DNA of 64,000 nt, taken from an uncultured virus (IMG/VR IMGVR_UViG_3300035180_002914) (lineage: Duplodnaviria; Heunggongvirae; Uroviricota; Caudoviricetes). The stretch lies in IMG/VR virus record IMGVR_UViG_3300035180_002914; one strand, 5' to 3'. The notes under the pieces were generated by a model. It saw nothing but the letters and a program-made list of their open reading frames with translations, did not search any database and was not told the origin of the DNA. The translations under genes and the position numbers were made by a program. This document shows positions 1 through 9,094 of this stretch, one piece after another; position 1 is the stretch's first letter, and the number at the start of each line of letters is the position of its first letter.

Positions 1-225
1 CCAAAACACGGGCTTACTTTTGACTATAAAAAAGGTCTTGGTTCAAACAAACCTAATGAGCTTGAAGCTATGTTTTCCGAAGCTGGAGGATTTGAAAAGT
101 TTATTGTCCCTCTAGAGTATAATGAAGGCTCAAAGGAAAGAATGGATTTGTGGTTCGGTAGTAAGAACTCAGATTTGAGAAAGTCAGAAGTAGATAAGAC
201 AATATTCGATATCAACGCAATGTAA
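1..225 (+). CDS. gp39: DNA topoisomerase II large subunit, C-terminal part (gp39/gp60-like), truncated by window edge
   Basis: Frame 1 reads PKHGLTFDYKKGLGSNKPNE...MDLWFGSKNSDLRK...NAM*; contains the YxKGLG motif and lies directly upstream of gp52. Confidence 0.85.
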   Translation, partial: PKHGLTFDYKKGLGSNKPNELEAMFSEAGGFEKFIVPLEYNEGSKERMDLWFGSKNSDLRKSEVDKTIFDINAM

Positions 226-237
226 TATTTAAGGAAG

Positions 238-1572
238 ATGATGAAAACTCAAAAAATAACAGAATTCTTTGATAATGATTATGTACTCTTTTCAGTTTAC
301 GACAATTATAGGAAACTCGCTAGTGTAGTTGATGGTTTAAAGCCGTCAAGTAGGAAAGTTGTTTATACTATGTTAAAGAATAATATTAAAGAAAAAATTA
401 AGGTTTCGACTCTAGGTAGTAAAGTAATAGGTGAAACTTCCTATTTACACGGCGAAAAATCTATGTATGATGTTATAGTAGGTTTAGCTCAAGATTTTGT
501 TGGAGCAAATAACATCAATCTTATTCTTCCAGAGGCTTCTTTCGGATTTAGACATAATAATGAAGCATCAGAAGCAAGGTATATATTTACCTGTAAGTCT
601 CCTATTATGGACAAGTTGTTCTTGAAGGAAGATAATGATGTATTAATTCAACAAACATTCGAGGGCGAAAAAATTGAGCCTAGATTTTTCGTTCCAACAC
701 TACCAATTTTGTTAATTAACGGCTCTGAAGGTATAGGTAATGGTTATGCTCAAAAAATTCTTCCTAGAAACCCAGAAAACTTGAAGAAATGGATTGAAAA
801 GTATCTTAAAGATGGAACTAAAGACTCTACGCTTCTAATTCCTTATTATTCTGGATTTAAAGGTGATATTATTCAAACTGGAGAAAAATCTTTCTCTATT
901 ATAGGTAAGGTTGATGTTCTGTCACAAACAGAGCTAATGATTACAGAAATACCTTTAAACTACGACCTAGAAAAATATGTGAAGGTACTAAACACTCTTG
1001 AAGAAAAAGGAGTGATAAAGTCTTATACAGACCTGAGCGACTCTAAAAAAGACACATTCAAATTTCATATTAAGTGTGATAGAAAATTCACTCAACAAAC
1101 TAAGGAAAAAATTCTTGATGACTTGAAGCTAATTCAAAAGGTAACTGAAAACTATACTTGTCTAAACGAACATAATAGAGTTGAAACATTCGAAAGTGTA
1201 GAAGACATTCTAGAGAGATATATATCTATAAAACTAGAATATATGTTTAAACGAAAAGAAGCTATAATAGGAAAAATAAAAAGGGAAGTCGATTTACTAG
1301 AAGCTAAATATCGTTTCATAGAACTTATTATAAAAGGAAAAATTGAAGTCAATGGAAAATCTAAACAATATATTGTGGATAAGATTGAAGAATTACTTCC
1401 TTCTGCTTCCGACAAAACCGATATACTTCTTTCTATGCCAATTTGGTCTTTGACACCAGAAAAACAAGAAGAGCTTCTAAAAAGCTTAAAGAAGCTTGCT
1501 GAAGAATATAAAGAGTATAAAGATAAATCCCTAGAAGATATGTGGAAAGAAGAGATAGATGGCATTAAATGA
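238..1572 (+). CDS. gp52: DNA topoisomerase II medium subunit (GyrA/ParC-like)
   Basis: DGLKPSSRK, YLHGE, active-site ARYI and NGSEGIGNGYA motifs. Confidence 0.95.
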   Translation: MMKTQKITEFFDNDYVLFSVYDNYRKLASVVDGLKPSSRKVVYTMLKNNIKEKIKVSTLGSKVIGETSYLHGEKSMYDVIVGLAQDFVGANNINLILPEASFGFRHNNEASEARYIFTCKSPIMDKLFLKEDNDVLIQQTFEGEKIEPRFFVPTLPILLINGSEGIGNGYAQKILPRNPENLKKWIEKYLKDGTKDSTLLIPYYSGFKGDIIQTGEKSFSIIGKVDVLSQTELMITEIPLNYDLEKYVKVLNTLEEKGVIKSYTDLSDSKKDTFKFHIKCDRKFTQQTKEKILDDLKLIQKVTENYTCLNEHNRVETFESVEDILERYISIKLEYMFKRKEAIIGKIKREVDLLEAKYRFIELIIKGKIEVNGKSKQYIVDKIEELLPSASDKTDILLSMPIWSLTPEKQEELLKSLKKLAEEYKEYKDKSLEDMWKEEIDGIK

Positions 1573-2008
1573 AAAAATTTTGAATCTAGAAATAGTATCA
1601 GAACAAGTACAAAAATTTCTAGATAAAAATAAAGAAATTTGCTCTCTTCTTGAACAAAAGAAATTCGACGAATTTGTTGAATCAGCTCCTCTTTTTGTAG
1701 CTAAAATAATTGACTTTATAGGAAGACTAAAAAGAAGATTATACTTATTGGAAACATACTATAAGGAGACTGAAGCTTTAAGGTATTCTTATTATAAATT
1801 CGAATTTAATATAAAGCTCAACAATTCTGAAGTGAAGGAATTCCTAGAAAGAGACTCCTCTCTTTTATCTATTCAATCTTCGATGAAAGAATTGTCTTCC
1901 TATATTGAGATGCTTATTGATATGAAAAAGAATCTTGAATCTACAAGGTTTGATATTAAGAATTGGATAGAACTAAAAAAATTAGCTATTGAATTGGGGC
2001 AGTTTTGA
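1559..2008 (+). CDS. uvsY: UvsY-like recombination mediator
   Basis: 149-aa helical protein (RYSYY...RFDIKNWIE) directly upstream of UvsW, T4-like synteny. Confidence 0.7.
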   Translation: MALNEKILNLEIVSEQVQKFLDKNKEICSLLEQKKFDEFVESAPLFVAKIIDFIGRLKRRLYLLETYYKETEALRYSYYKFEFNIKLNNSEVKEFLERDSSLLSIQSSMKELSSYIEMLIDMKKNLESTRFDIKNWIELKKLAIELGQF

Positions 2009-3627
2009 TAGAATATGTAAATGAAAGTTATAGCCGTGTAGTAATAGATGATATGGACAAGAAAGTAGCCATAATGGACTTTCTTTCTCCATATATACCT
2101 AATTACAGGTTTCATCCTAGAGTTAGAGCAAGACTATGGGATGGTAGAGAAAAACTCTATATGGTAGATGAAAATCAAAATATCATATTCCCTAAAGGTT
2201 TAGAACAGAGGCTAGCGGAAAAATTCGATCTAAAAATTTCACTTCCAGAGCCGATTATTACTAGAGAAAAATTGCTTTCATTTATAGAGACTCTTAATAT
2301 ACCTATGACACCGTTCGATTATCAAATCGACGCCGTTCTTGAAACTTTAAATGAGAGAAGAAAGACCGTTCTTCTACCAACAGGCTCAGGTAAATCTTTG
2401 GTAATCTACATTATTAGTAGGTTTATGATGGCTTGGAATAAGAAGACAGTTCTTATTGTTCCAAATGTTATGCTTGTGAATCAAATGTATTCTGATTTTA
2501 GAGATTACGGCTTTAAAGATTTGGAAAATTATGTTCACCAAATTTGTGCTGGAAAAGAAAAACATTTCGAGAAGCCTATCACTATAACAACTTGGCAGTC
2601 AATCTATAAATCAAAAGAGCTGTTTGAAGACATTCATTGTATTTTAGTAGATGAAGCTCACGGTTGTGCTGCCCAAAGTTTGAAAGACGTAGTAATATCT
2701 GCTAGTAATACACCTTACAGAATAGGTTTGACAGGAACACTTCCGGAAGAGTATATAAGCAAAATGTATCTTGAGGGCGCTTTAGGACAAAGTAAGAGGT
2801 ATTTGACTACTAAGAAACTGATTGAGATGGGTCTTGCTACTCCTGTAGAAATTTATGCTCTATTTTTGAAATATCCTGACGATGTTTGTAAAGCCGTTTT
2901 AAAAATGGAATATCAAAAAGAAAATCAATTTTTGAATGAATACTCAAACCGAAAGAAATTTATAGTTAAGCTTGCTGATAAAATTTCTAAACAGGGAAAT
3001 ACTCTTTGTCTTTTTTCTAAAGTAGAAAATCACGGAGTTCCTCTTGTAAAGGAAACGATTAAACAAAGAGTCGGAGAGTCTGCTGAATTCATTTTTAAAT
3101 TGACTAAGAATGAGCTTCTTTCGGCTATAATATCGAAGAAAGACCTGATTTATGTAAATGATCAAGTAGATGAGGCTAAAATTAAAAGACTTCTATCAGG
3201 AACTGAATACGCAAGCCAATACAAAGAAGTATATGGAAAAGTTAAATCTCTTGAAGAACTTCAAATTTTCGTTGTAACCGGTGCTGTTGACGAAAAACAG
3301 AGAGAGTATATCAGAAGAATTCTTGAACAGTACGATAATGCGATACTATTCGCTTCTTACGCTACTATGAGTACAGGCGTAAATATAAAAAAGCTAAGAC
3401 ACCTGATACTAGGAGAAAGTACAAAATCTTCTATAAGACTTCTTCAAAGTATAGGACGTATGCTAAGGCTACACGATAGTAAAGACAAAGTCGGAGTTTG
3501 GGATATTGTCGATGACTGTGGTTACGGTAAGAAACAAAATTATTGTTTGAAACACTTTTTTGAAAGACTAGCCGAATATCAAGAACAAGAATTCGACCTT
3601 TTTGAGAAAGAAGTGAATATACAGTAA
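2005..3627 (+). CDS. uvsW: UvsW SF2 DNA helicase
   Basis: WDG motif, PTGSGKS, DEAH, GLTGT, STGVNI, QSIGRMLR. Confidence 0.95.
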   Translation: MIEYVNESYSRVVIDDMDKKVAIMDFLSPYIPNYRFHPRVRARLWDGREKLYMVDENQNIIFPKGLEQRLAEKFDLKISLPEPIITREKLLSFIETLNIPMTPFDYQIDAVLETLNERRKTVLLPTGSGKSLVIYIISRFMMAWNKKTVLIVPNVMLVNQMYSDFRDYGFKDLENYVHQICAGKEKHFEKPITITTWQSIYKSKELFEDIHCILVDEAHGCAAQSLKDVVISASNTPYRIGLTGTLPEEYISKMYLEGALGQSKRYLTTKKLIEMGLATPVEIYALFLKYPDDVCKAVLKMEYQKENQFLNEYSNRKKFIVKLADKISKQGNTLCLFSKVENHGVPLVKETIKQRVGESAEFIFKLTKNELLSAIISKKDLIYVNDQVDEAKIKRLLSGTEYASQYKEVYGKVKSLEELQIFVVTGAVDEKQREYIRRILEQYDNAILFASYATMSTGVNIKKLRHLILGESTKSSIRLLQSIGRMLRLHDSKDKVGVWDIVDDCGYGKKQNYCLKHFFERLAEYQEQEFDLFEKEVNIQ

Positions 3628-3768
3628 ATTGAAGAATACGGATTGAAATCTAGAATTTTTGTGTAACAGAATTCAATTAAAGTAGTTTTAAACTAAAATC
3701 AGTAATAATATTCGTTATAGAAATATTTGTATAAATATCTATTAATCAAAAGAATAAAAGGAAATTAT

Positions 3769-4671
3769 ATGCGAATAATGATTTTAGGAAGTAGCGGATT
3801 TTTAGGAACACATCTTGTTGAAGCGTTAGAAGACAAACACGAGTTGGTTCTAATTGATAGAGAAGAGCCTATTTTAGAATCTCATAAAGACAGATTTTTT
3901 AAATATGATTTAACAAAACCGATAGATCTCAAAACATTCGGCGCTGAGATGGTTATTAATCTCGCAAGTTCTGTCGGCGTGAAATACATTCAAAATAATC
4001 CAGAATCATTCATAAAAAACAATGCTCTTTTAATAGAAATTCTTATTCCAGAGTTAAGAGAACTTAAAGTTCCTGTCATATTCACGAGCACATCTGAAGT
4101 TTACGACGGGCTTCATTTTGACGATACAAGACCTCTTTCTACTAGCGAAAGAGATTTTTACGCTCTAAATAAACTATATACCGAGTCTGTTATTTTTAAC
4201 ACATTTTACAGTCCTGCGATAGTGTTCAGACTCTTCAATATAGTTGGAAAATATCAAAATCCAGAAAGCGGCGTATTTGCAAACTTCTACAACAAGATGA
4301 TGAATAATGATGTTTGTGAAATTCATATTTCGTCTCAAAATTTCTCTCCTCTTAGATCGTTCACTTCTGTTGAAGATTTCATCTTCGGCATCGAATATGC
4401 TATTAAAGATGTCGAAGATGATTTCCGACACGAGTATTGGGGGCAAACATACGATATTATTGCTCCGGAAAATATTGTGACGATAGAAAGACTCTATAAG
4501 ATGTTAAGAGCGCATTTCGAAGCTAAAGGCGTCTCTGTAAAAGATCCGATTTATAGCGAGATCGCTGAAGGCGAAATAATTAACAAAATTTATACTGGAT
4601 ATTTTGACACTGTTCCTTCAGGTTTCAAATACAAATCTCTTGAATGGATTATCGAAAATTACGAAAAATAG
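3769..4671 (+). CDS. NAD-dependent epimerase/dehydratase (extended SDR)
   Basis: GSSGFLG Rossmann motif, TSTSEVY, YxxxK (YALNK), RLFNIVG; start moved to ATG 3769 after an AAGGA RBS. Confidence 0.85.
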   Translation: MRIMILGSSGFLGTHLVEALEDKHELVLIDREEPILESHKDRFFKYDLTKPIDLKTFGAEMVINLASSVGVKYIQNNPESFIKNNALLIEILIPELRELKVPVIFTSTSEVYDGLHFDDTRPLSTSERDFYALNKLYTESVIFNTFYSPAIVFRLFNIVGKYQNPESGVFANFYNKMMNNDVCEIHISSQNFSPLRSFTSVEDFIFGIEYAIKDVEDDFRHEYWGQTYDIIAPENIVTIERLYKMLRAHFEAKGVSVKDPIYSEIAEGEIINKIYTGYFDTVPSGFKYKSLEWIIENYEK

Positions 4672-4697
4672 TCGTCATTCCTCTGACGACCTTTCTA
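4668..4697 (+). terminator. Probable intrinsic terminator
   Basis: GTCGTCA-ttcctc-TGACGAC hairpin followed by T-rich sequence at the epimerase stop. Confidence 0.55.
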
Positions 4698-4782
4698 TTG
4701 ATAACGGATTGTTTTCTTCCACAATAAATCGGTTAAAAATTTGCTTAAAGATTACACCGAAATATTTAAATCTTTCGGGAAT

Positions 4783-4814
4783 TAAGCTTTCTTAAAGAAA
4801 AGTTTAGCTATAAT
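4783..4814 (+). promoter_or_regulatory. Early/host-sigma promoter
   Basis: TTAAGCTTTCTTAAAGAAAAGTTTAGCTATAAT; near-copy at 6824-6856. Confidence 0.6.
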
Positions 4815-4869
4815 TTTTGAAATTAAAAAAGGATTTCAAAATGAAAAACATCGAAAAATATCTAGGCGT

Positions 4870-5004
4870 TTCTAAACTCACTTCTGAATATAAACCGTAC
4901 CGCCGTAACGGCGGTACTTCCTAACTAACAGCTTCTCTAATGAAGCTGAGCACGAAAGGCTTTGTGTTTATAGTCCACAAGGCTGGTTCCCAGCCCAAAC
5001 GACT
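4870..5004 (-). ncRNA. Stand-alone TnpB omegaRNA (copy B); scaffold 5004-4890, predicted guide ATTCAGAAGTGAGTTTAGAA
   Basis: Homologous to the tnpB 3' end with compensatory stem changes; TCGACT-17-TATAAT promoter immediately upstream. Confidence 0.75.
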
Positions 5005-5110
5005 ATGATTATTATATCATATTTGTTATAGTTAGTCGATAGCAAAAGCAGAAAATTGTTAAATGTTAATTTAATGTGTTTATATCGCCGTCCTACAGGT
5101 GATGGTGGAG
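4890..5110 (-). mobile_element. Non-autonomous IS200/IS605-family mini-element (degenerate left end + promoter + omegaRNA/right end, no ORF)
   Basis: Reverse complement matches the left-end sequence at 25969-26055 and the tnpB 3' scaffold at 6582-6700. Confidence 0.8.
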
Positions 5111-5257
5111 TTATCTCGTCTTCTTTTATTTTCGTTTAATTTAAATTTTTTTATAGTATAATAACTAAATTAAAAATTTTCTTTAGTGAACCTATTTCAA
5201 ACAAAATTCGATTACAAATAAATAATTAATCTTATTAAGGAACAATATTAATCTCGT

Positions 5258-6667
5258 ATGAACAAAACTGTAAATCTAGGTTATAAATATCAGATCTATC
5301 CTACAGAAGAACAAAAGAAGCTTCTCGACCATCAAATGTTCGTTTATAATCAAGCCTACAACATCTGTCTTAATCTATGGCAAAAAGAACAAGAAAGAAA
5401 TAGAAAGCTAGAGAAAGCAGATAGAAAATACAGGAAGGATTCGTCTTACGACAGAGTTATAAAAAGAGCTTTAAAACTTAGAAATATTCCTTTTTCTTCC
5501 GTTGTTATTCAACAAGCTAGAATAAATTTTCTTAAGGCGACTAAACGAGCTTTCTCAAAAAATGTTGTTAATGAAAGAAATAAAGCTTTACAAAACGCAA
5601 AAACTCCAAAAGAAAAAGCAAAAGCGCTATCAATCGGATTTCCAAAGTTTAAATCAAGTAAAGATGTAAGACAATCATTTGTGTGGAACAATCAAGCAGT
5701 ATCTATTAAAGAAACAGATAAAAGAACTGCTATTTTGAAATTGATGAAGCAAAACATAAAACTAAGATATCATAGAGAACTTCCAAAAGAATATAAGTTA
5801 ACTTCTGTTGTTATATCTAGAGATGCGACTGGTTATTACGCTAGCATAGGAATTTCTTTTGAAAAAGAAATAGAACCTGTATCTATCGACAATTTGAATG
5901 AAGAAAATTGTATAGGTATAGATATGAATGTTTATAACTTTGCAGTTTCAAACGATGTAGATTTTCTCTTTGAATCGATACCAAACTTAGTATCGGTTGA
6001 ATCAGGACATCTAATAAACAACGGTTCTGCTAATCGTAAAGCAATGCTGAATAACAAAAGAATCAAACTTCTTTTGCGAAAGCAGTCTAGAAGAATTCTA
6101 AAAAACAAAAAATCAAAAACCAAACTAGGGAGAAACTATAATAAAACACAACAACAATTAAATAAACTACAAAAAAGAATTATCAATAAAAGAACGGATC
6201 TATATCATCAAATCTCCTCCAGATTAACAAACAAATTTGATTTGATAGTAGTTGAAGACCTTAAACTAAAGCAAATGACTAAATCTGCTAAAGGAAATGA
6301 AGTCGAGCACGGAAAAAATGTAAGACAAAAAGCAGGTTTAAATAAATCAATTTTAAGAGCTTCATTCTATCAGTTTATATCTATGCTTGAATACAAGCAG
6401 TCGCTTAATGGCAAATTGTTTGTAAAAGTAGATCCTTCCTATACTTCTATGACTTGTTTAAACTGTGGTAATATTGATAAGAACAATAGACCTAAACAAG
6501 ACAAATTTATATGTACAGCTTGTGGTCATCAGACTAATCCTGACCATCAAGCTTCAGTACATATATTGTATAGAGGTATGAAGTCGTTTGGGTTGGGAAC
6601 CAACCTTGCGGACTTATATAAACGCAAAGCCTTTCGTGTTTCAGCTTCGCTGGAAGCTGTTAGTTAG
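5258..6667 (+). CDS. tnpB: TnpB RNA-guided endonuclease (IS200/IS605 family)
   Basis: N-terminal YKYQIYPTEEQK helix-turn-helix, GFPKFKS, RuvC-I GIDMN, RuvC-II VVEDL, CxxC...CxxC zinc ribbon, RuvC-III PDHQAS. Confidence 0.95.
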   Translation: MNKTVNLGYKYQIYPTEEQKKLLDHQMFVYNQAYNICLNLWQKEQERNRKLEKADRKYRKDSSYDRVIKRALKLRNIPFSSVVIQQARINFLKATKRAFSKNVVNERNKALQNAKTPKEKAKALSIGFPKFKSSKDVRQSFVWNNQAVSIKETDKRTAILKLMKQNIKLRYHRELPKEYKLTSVVISRDATGYYASIGISFEKEIEPVSIDNLNEENCIGIDMNVYNFAVSNDVDFLFESIPNLVSVESGHLINNGSANRKAMLNNKRIKLLLRKQSRRILKNKKSKTKLGRNYNKTQQQLNKLQKRIINKRTDLYHQISSRLTNKFDLIVVEDLKLKQMTKSAKGNEVEHGKNVRQKAGLNKSILRASFYQFISMLEYKQSLNGKLFVKVDPSYTSMTCLNCGNIDKNNRPKQDKFICTACGHQTNPDHQASVHILYRGMKSFGLGTNLADLYKRKAFRVSASLEAVS

Positions 6668-6720
6668 GAAGCCGACTCCTTTAAGGAGTAGGCAGTTCAC
6701 TCTATATTGACTCTTTCTTA
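6582..6720 (+). ncRNA. TnpB cis omegaRNA (copy A) and right end; scaffold ends GTTCAC at 6700, predicted guide TCTATATTGACTCTTTCTTA
   Basis: Overlaps the tnpB 3' end; GAAG followed by subterminal hairpin GCCGACTCC-ttta-AGGAGTAGGC and terminal TTCAC. Confidence 0.85.
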
Positions 6721-6823
6721 TTTTGGTGATACTTCTCCGTATGTTTTGAATTTGTCAGGAAAAAAATTCTCAACTTCCGAAGAGGCGTCCGCTTACTTCA
6801 AAACGCATCAAAAATAATTTTCT

Positions 6824-6856
6824 TTAAGCTTATTTAAAGAAAAGACAAGGTATAAT
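6824..6856 (+). promoter_or_regulatory. Early/host-sigma promoter
   Basis: TTTAAGCTTATTTAAAGAAAAGACAAGGTATAAT upstream of the 6882 ORF. Confidence 0.6.
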
Positions 6857-6881
6857 TCTTTATCTTTTTTAGGAGTTCGTT

Positions 6882-7337
6882 ATGAACGATGTAAAAACAG
6901 CATACAAAGTCCTAAAAACTCTTAAAGGACTTTCAGCTTCAAAAGCTGATATAAAAAGAAATGCGGACCTTTTTATAGATAAAATTCTCGAATATTCAGA
7001 AAGCCTAAAAGGTGTTGATATTGACGCTCTATTTGGTGTGGACTTTGAAACTCAAAAAAGAATAAAAGACCTTGAAGAACAAGTTAGAGTTTTGTCTTCT
7101 CAAAATAAATCTCTTTCACTTAAAAATCAAGGAAGACAAACTGTTATAGAAAGCGTAGAAAAAGCTCTCTACGACTTAGAGAGAATCAAAAAACAACATA
7201 AAGGCGAACTTCTTGCTAATGATTTTGAGCTACAAACTACTAAGAATCAATTAAAATTCTACAAAGAAAAATGTGAAAAACTTCAAAAACAACTTGAAGA
7301 TGAGTCTAGAAGAAGAGTAGAAGGACTATTCGAATGA
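6882..7337 (+). CDS. Hypothetical coiled-coil protein
   Basis: AGGAG RBS; heptad-like K/E/L/Q-rich sequence. Confidence 0.7.
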   Translation: MNDVKTAYKVLKTLKGLSASKADIKRNADLFIDKILEYSESLKGVDIDALFGVDFETQKRIKDLEEQVRVLSSQNKSLSLKNQGRQTVIESVEKALYDLERIKKQHKGELLANDFELQTTKNQLKFYKEKCEKLQKQLEDESRRRVEGLFE

Positions 7338-7579
7338 AAAGGATACTCTTTCTTATTATTGTATTGTTCCTATTTTCTGGCTGTTATGATGAAAAACAAG
7401 ATGATTATTTTACAGCGAATAATACCACATTAAAAATAGTTCGCCATTCTCGTTTTGTCTATGTATACTCTCAAACAAAATACGGGTGGAAACTTGAAAT
7501 GTCTTTCGAAAAAGATTTGAATGTAACTAAGAATGACATCATAAAAATCCTACAACTTAAACAGGAAGGAAGAATATGA
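7334..7579 (+). CDS. Small putative lipoprotein
   Basis: Signal peptide with lipobox LFSG-C; ATGA overlap with the upstream gene. Confidence 0.7.
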   Translation: MKRILFLIIVLFLFSGCYDEKQDDYFTANNTTLKIVRHSRFVYVYSQTKYGWKLEMSFEKDLNVTKNDIIKILQLKQEGRI

Positions 7580-8079
7580 CACAATACACTTTAGGAAAAA
7601 ACTTTGTTTCTACATCAGAATTAAGCGAAAAGCTTGGAATTCATTTAGCTACCTTTACTGTTCTAGCTAAAAAATATAAGCTAGAAGAAGATGTAGATTT
7701 CAAAAGAATCTATGATGTCTCTAAGGGTAAAGGAATGAAGAAAACTCTTTTTATAGATACACACTGTGTCAAATGGCCGAGAAAATTCAGAGAGAAAATC
7801 TCTTCAGTAAAAACAGACTACTCAAGCGTTGTTGACTTCACAAAAATCAAAAATGATTTTCCTGAATTGACTGATGATGATATGAAAATTTTGAAAGAGA
7901 AAATCTTTAAAACAAAAATTCAAGTCGGTAAAAAAGAGTTCATTACACTAGACGAAGAAGCGAAAAAGATTTTCAAAAAGACTATCTATGTTTTAGACAA
8001 AGAAGACTTTCTTGATATGAAGGAAGAACTCATCGGTTATATAGAGCTTACAAAAGGAAAATACTTCGTTTGGTATTAA
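7576..8079 (+). CDS. Hypothetical protein, possible N-terminal helix-turn-helix
   Basis: STSELSEKLGIHLATF segment; basic protein; coupled to the upstream gene. Confidence 0.6.
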   Translation: MTQYTLGKNFVSTSELSEKLGIHLATFTVLAKKYKLEEDVDFKRIYDVSKGKGMKKTLFIDTHCVKWPRKFREKISSVKTDYSSVVDFTKIKNDFPELTDDDMKILKEKIFKTKIQVGKKEFITLDEEAKKIFKKTIYVLDKEDFLDMKEELIGYIELTKGKYFVWY

Positions 8080-8179
8080 TTGTTAAACTTTTCTCGGCTA
8101 TAATAACCGAAGTTAAAAGTTTTCGGCTTTCAAAATACATTTTGTCGTAAGACCGAAAAACTTTAATTTCGTTTGAAGG

Positions 8180-8881
8180 ATGAAAATGCTTAACAAAAAC
8201 TCGTTGACAATCCTGTCAAAATTACAAGATATTTCTTCAAGCCTAGTTGTTTCTTATCCTATACTCGGGATTAAAGATATAGATTCAACCATTATGGCCA
8301 AAATCGATCTTTCTAGATACGACTCTGAAGAGTTTGAAGAATTCGGTTTGCTCGGAAAACTTTCCGAATTTCTATCAGTAGTGAAACTTCTTGAAGATCC
8401 GGAAATTAAACAAGAAGATTCAAAACTTATTCTTTCTGATAGGTCAACACAAATCACATATTACACATCAGACCTAGACCTACTAGACAAATATAGACTA
8501 AACTTTAGTATATTTGACAAGGTTGATTCTATTGAACCGATTATTTCGTTTACTCTTAGCGACGAAGATATGGGTAAACTAAGAAAGGCGTCAAGCGTTC
8601 TTAAAGATCTAGAAAATATCACAATCTCATCGTCTGATGATGAAATAACAATTTCTCTTGATTCAGAAACTCTCGGAAATACTTTTTCTATTAAATGTGA
8701 CGGCGAGTCGAAAGAAGATGTTATGCTTTCTTTGAGCAATGATAACTTTAAAAAAATTCCTCTAGGAACATACAGAGTTTCTATACATAGAAATGCGTCA
8801 GGTAAAGTGATTTTTAAATTTGTTTCAAATACTCTAGAAACTTTTGAAGTTCTGGTAGCTGAGAAACCAAAACAAAACTGA
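8180..8881 (+). CDS. gp45: Sliding clamp
   Basis: 233-aa acidic protein with FEEFGL..LSEFLSVV, ITYYTSD and KLRKASSVL patterns in replication context. Confidence 0.85.
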   Translation: MKMLNKNSLTILSKLQDISSSLVVSYPILGIKDIDSTIMAKIDLSRYDSEEFEEFGLLGKLSEFLSVVKLLEDPEIKQEDSKLILSDRSTQITYYTSDLDLLDKYRLNFSIFDKVDSIEPIISFTLSDEDMGKLRKASSVLKDLENITISSSDDEITISLDSETLGNTFSIKCDGESKEDVMLSLSNDNFKKIPLGTYRVSIHRNASGKVIFKFVSNTLETFEVLVAEKPKQN

Positions 8882-8923
8882 TAAATAAATCAGTCTAAAG
8901 AATTTGGCGTTCGTTTTTATCTA

Positions 8924-9094
8924 TCTGTTTTTGCTATCGACTGATTATATAATATAATCATAGTCGTTTGGGCTAGGAACTAGCCTTGTGGACTATAAAC
9001 ACAAAGCCTTTCGTGCTCAACTTCGTTGGAAGTTGTTAGTTAGGAAGCTCTTCTTTTACGAAGGAGCGGTTCACAAATCGTTTAAAAAGGAATT
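8924..9094 (+). ncRNA. Stand-alone TnpB omegaRNA (copy C) with promoter; scaffold 8962-9074, predicted guide AAATCGTTTAAAAAGGAATT
   Basis: Homologous to copies A and B with compensatory changes; ends GGTTCAC; TATAAT boxes at 8948-8958. Confidence 0.8.

Larger units (their letters stand above)
4841..6817 (+). pseudogene. Small early gene interrupted by the omegaRNA/TnpB insertion (fragments 4841-~4891 and 6701-6817)
   Basis: RBS+ATG at 4841 (MKNIEKYLGVSKLTSEY) runs into the element end; an open frame lacking a start codon (SILTLSYFGD...KTHQK*) begins right after the TnpB element right end. Confidence 0.5.

Noticed and set aside
3040..3265. ~70-aa insertion in UvsW as a possible intein
   Set aside because: No Cys/Ser start or His-Asn end motifs; looks like an ordinary helical insertion.
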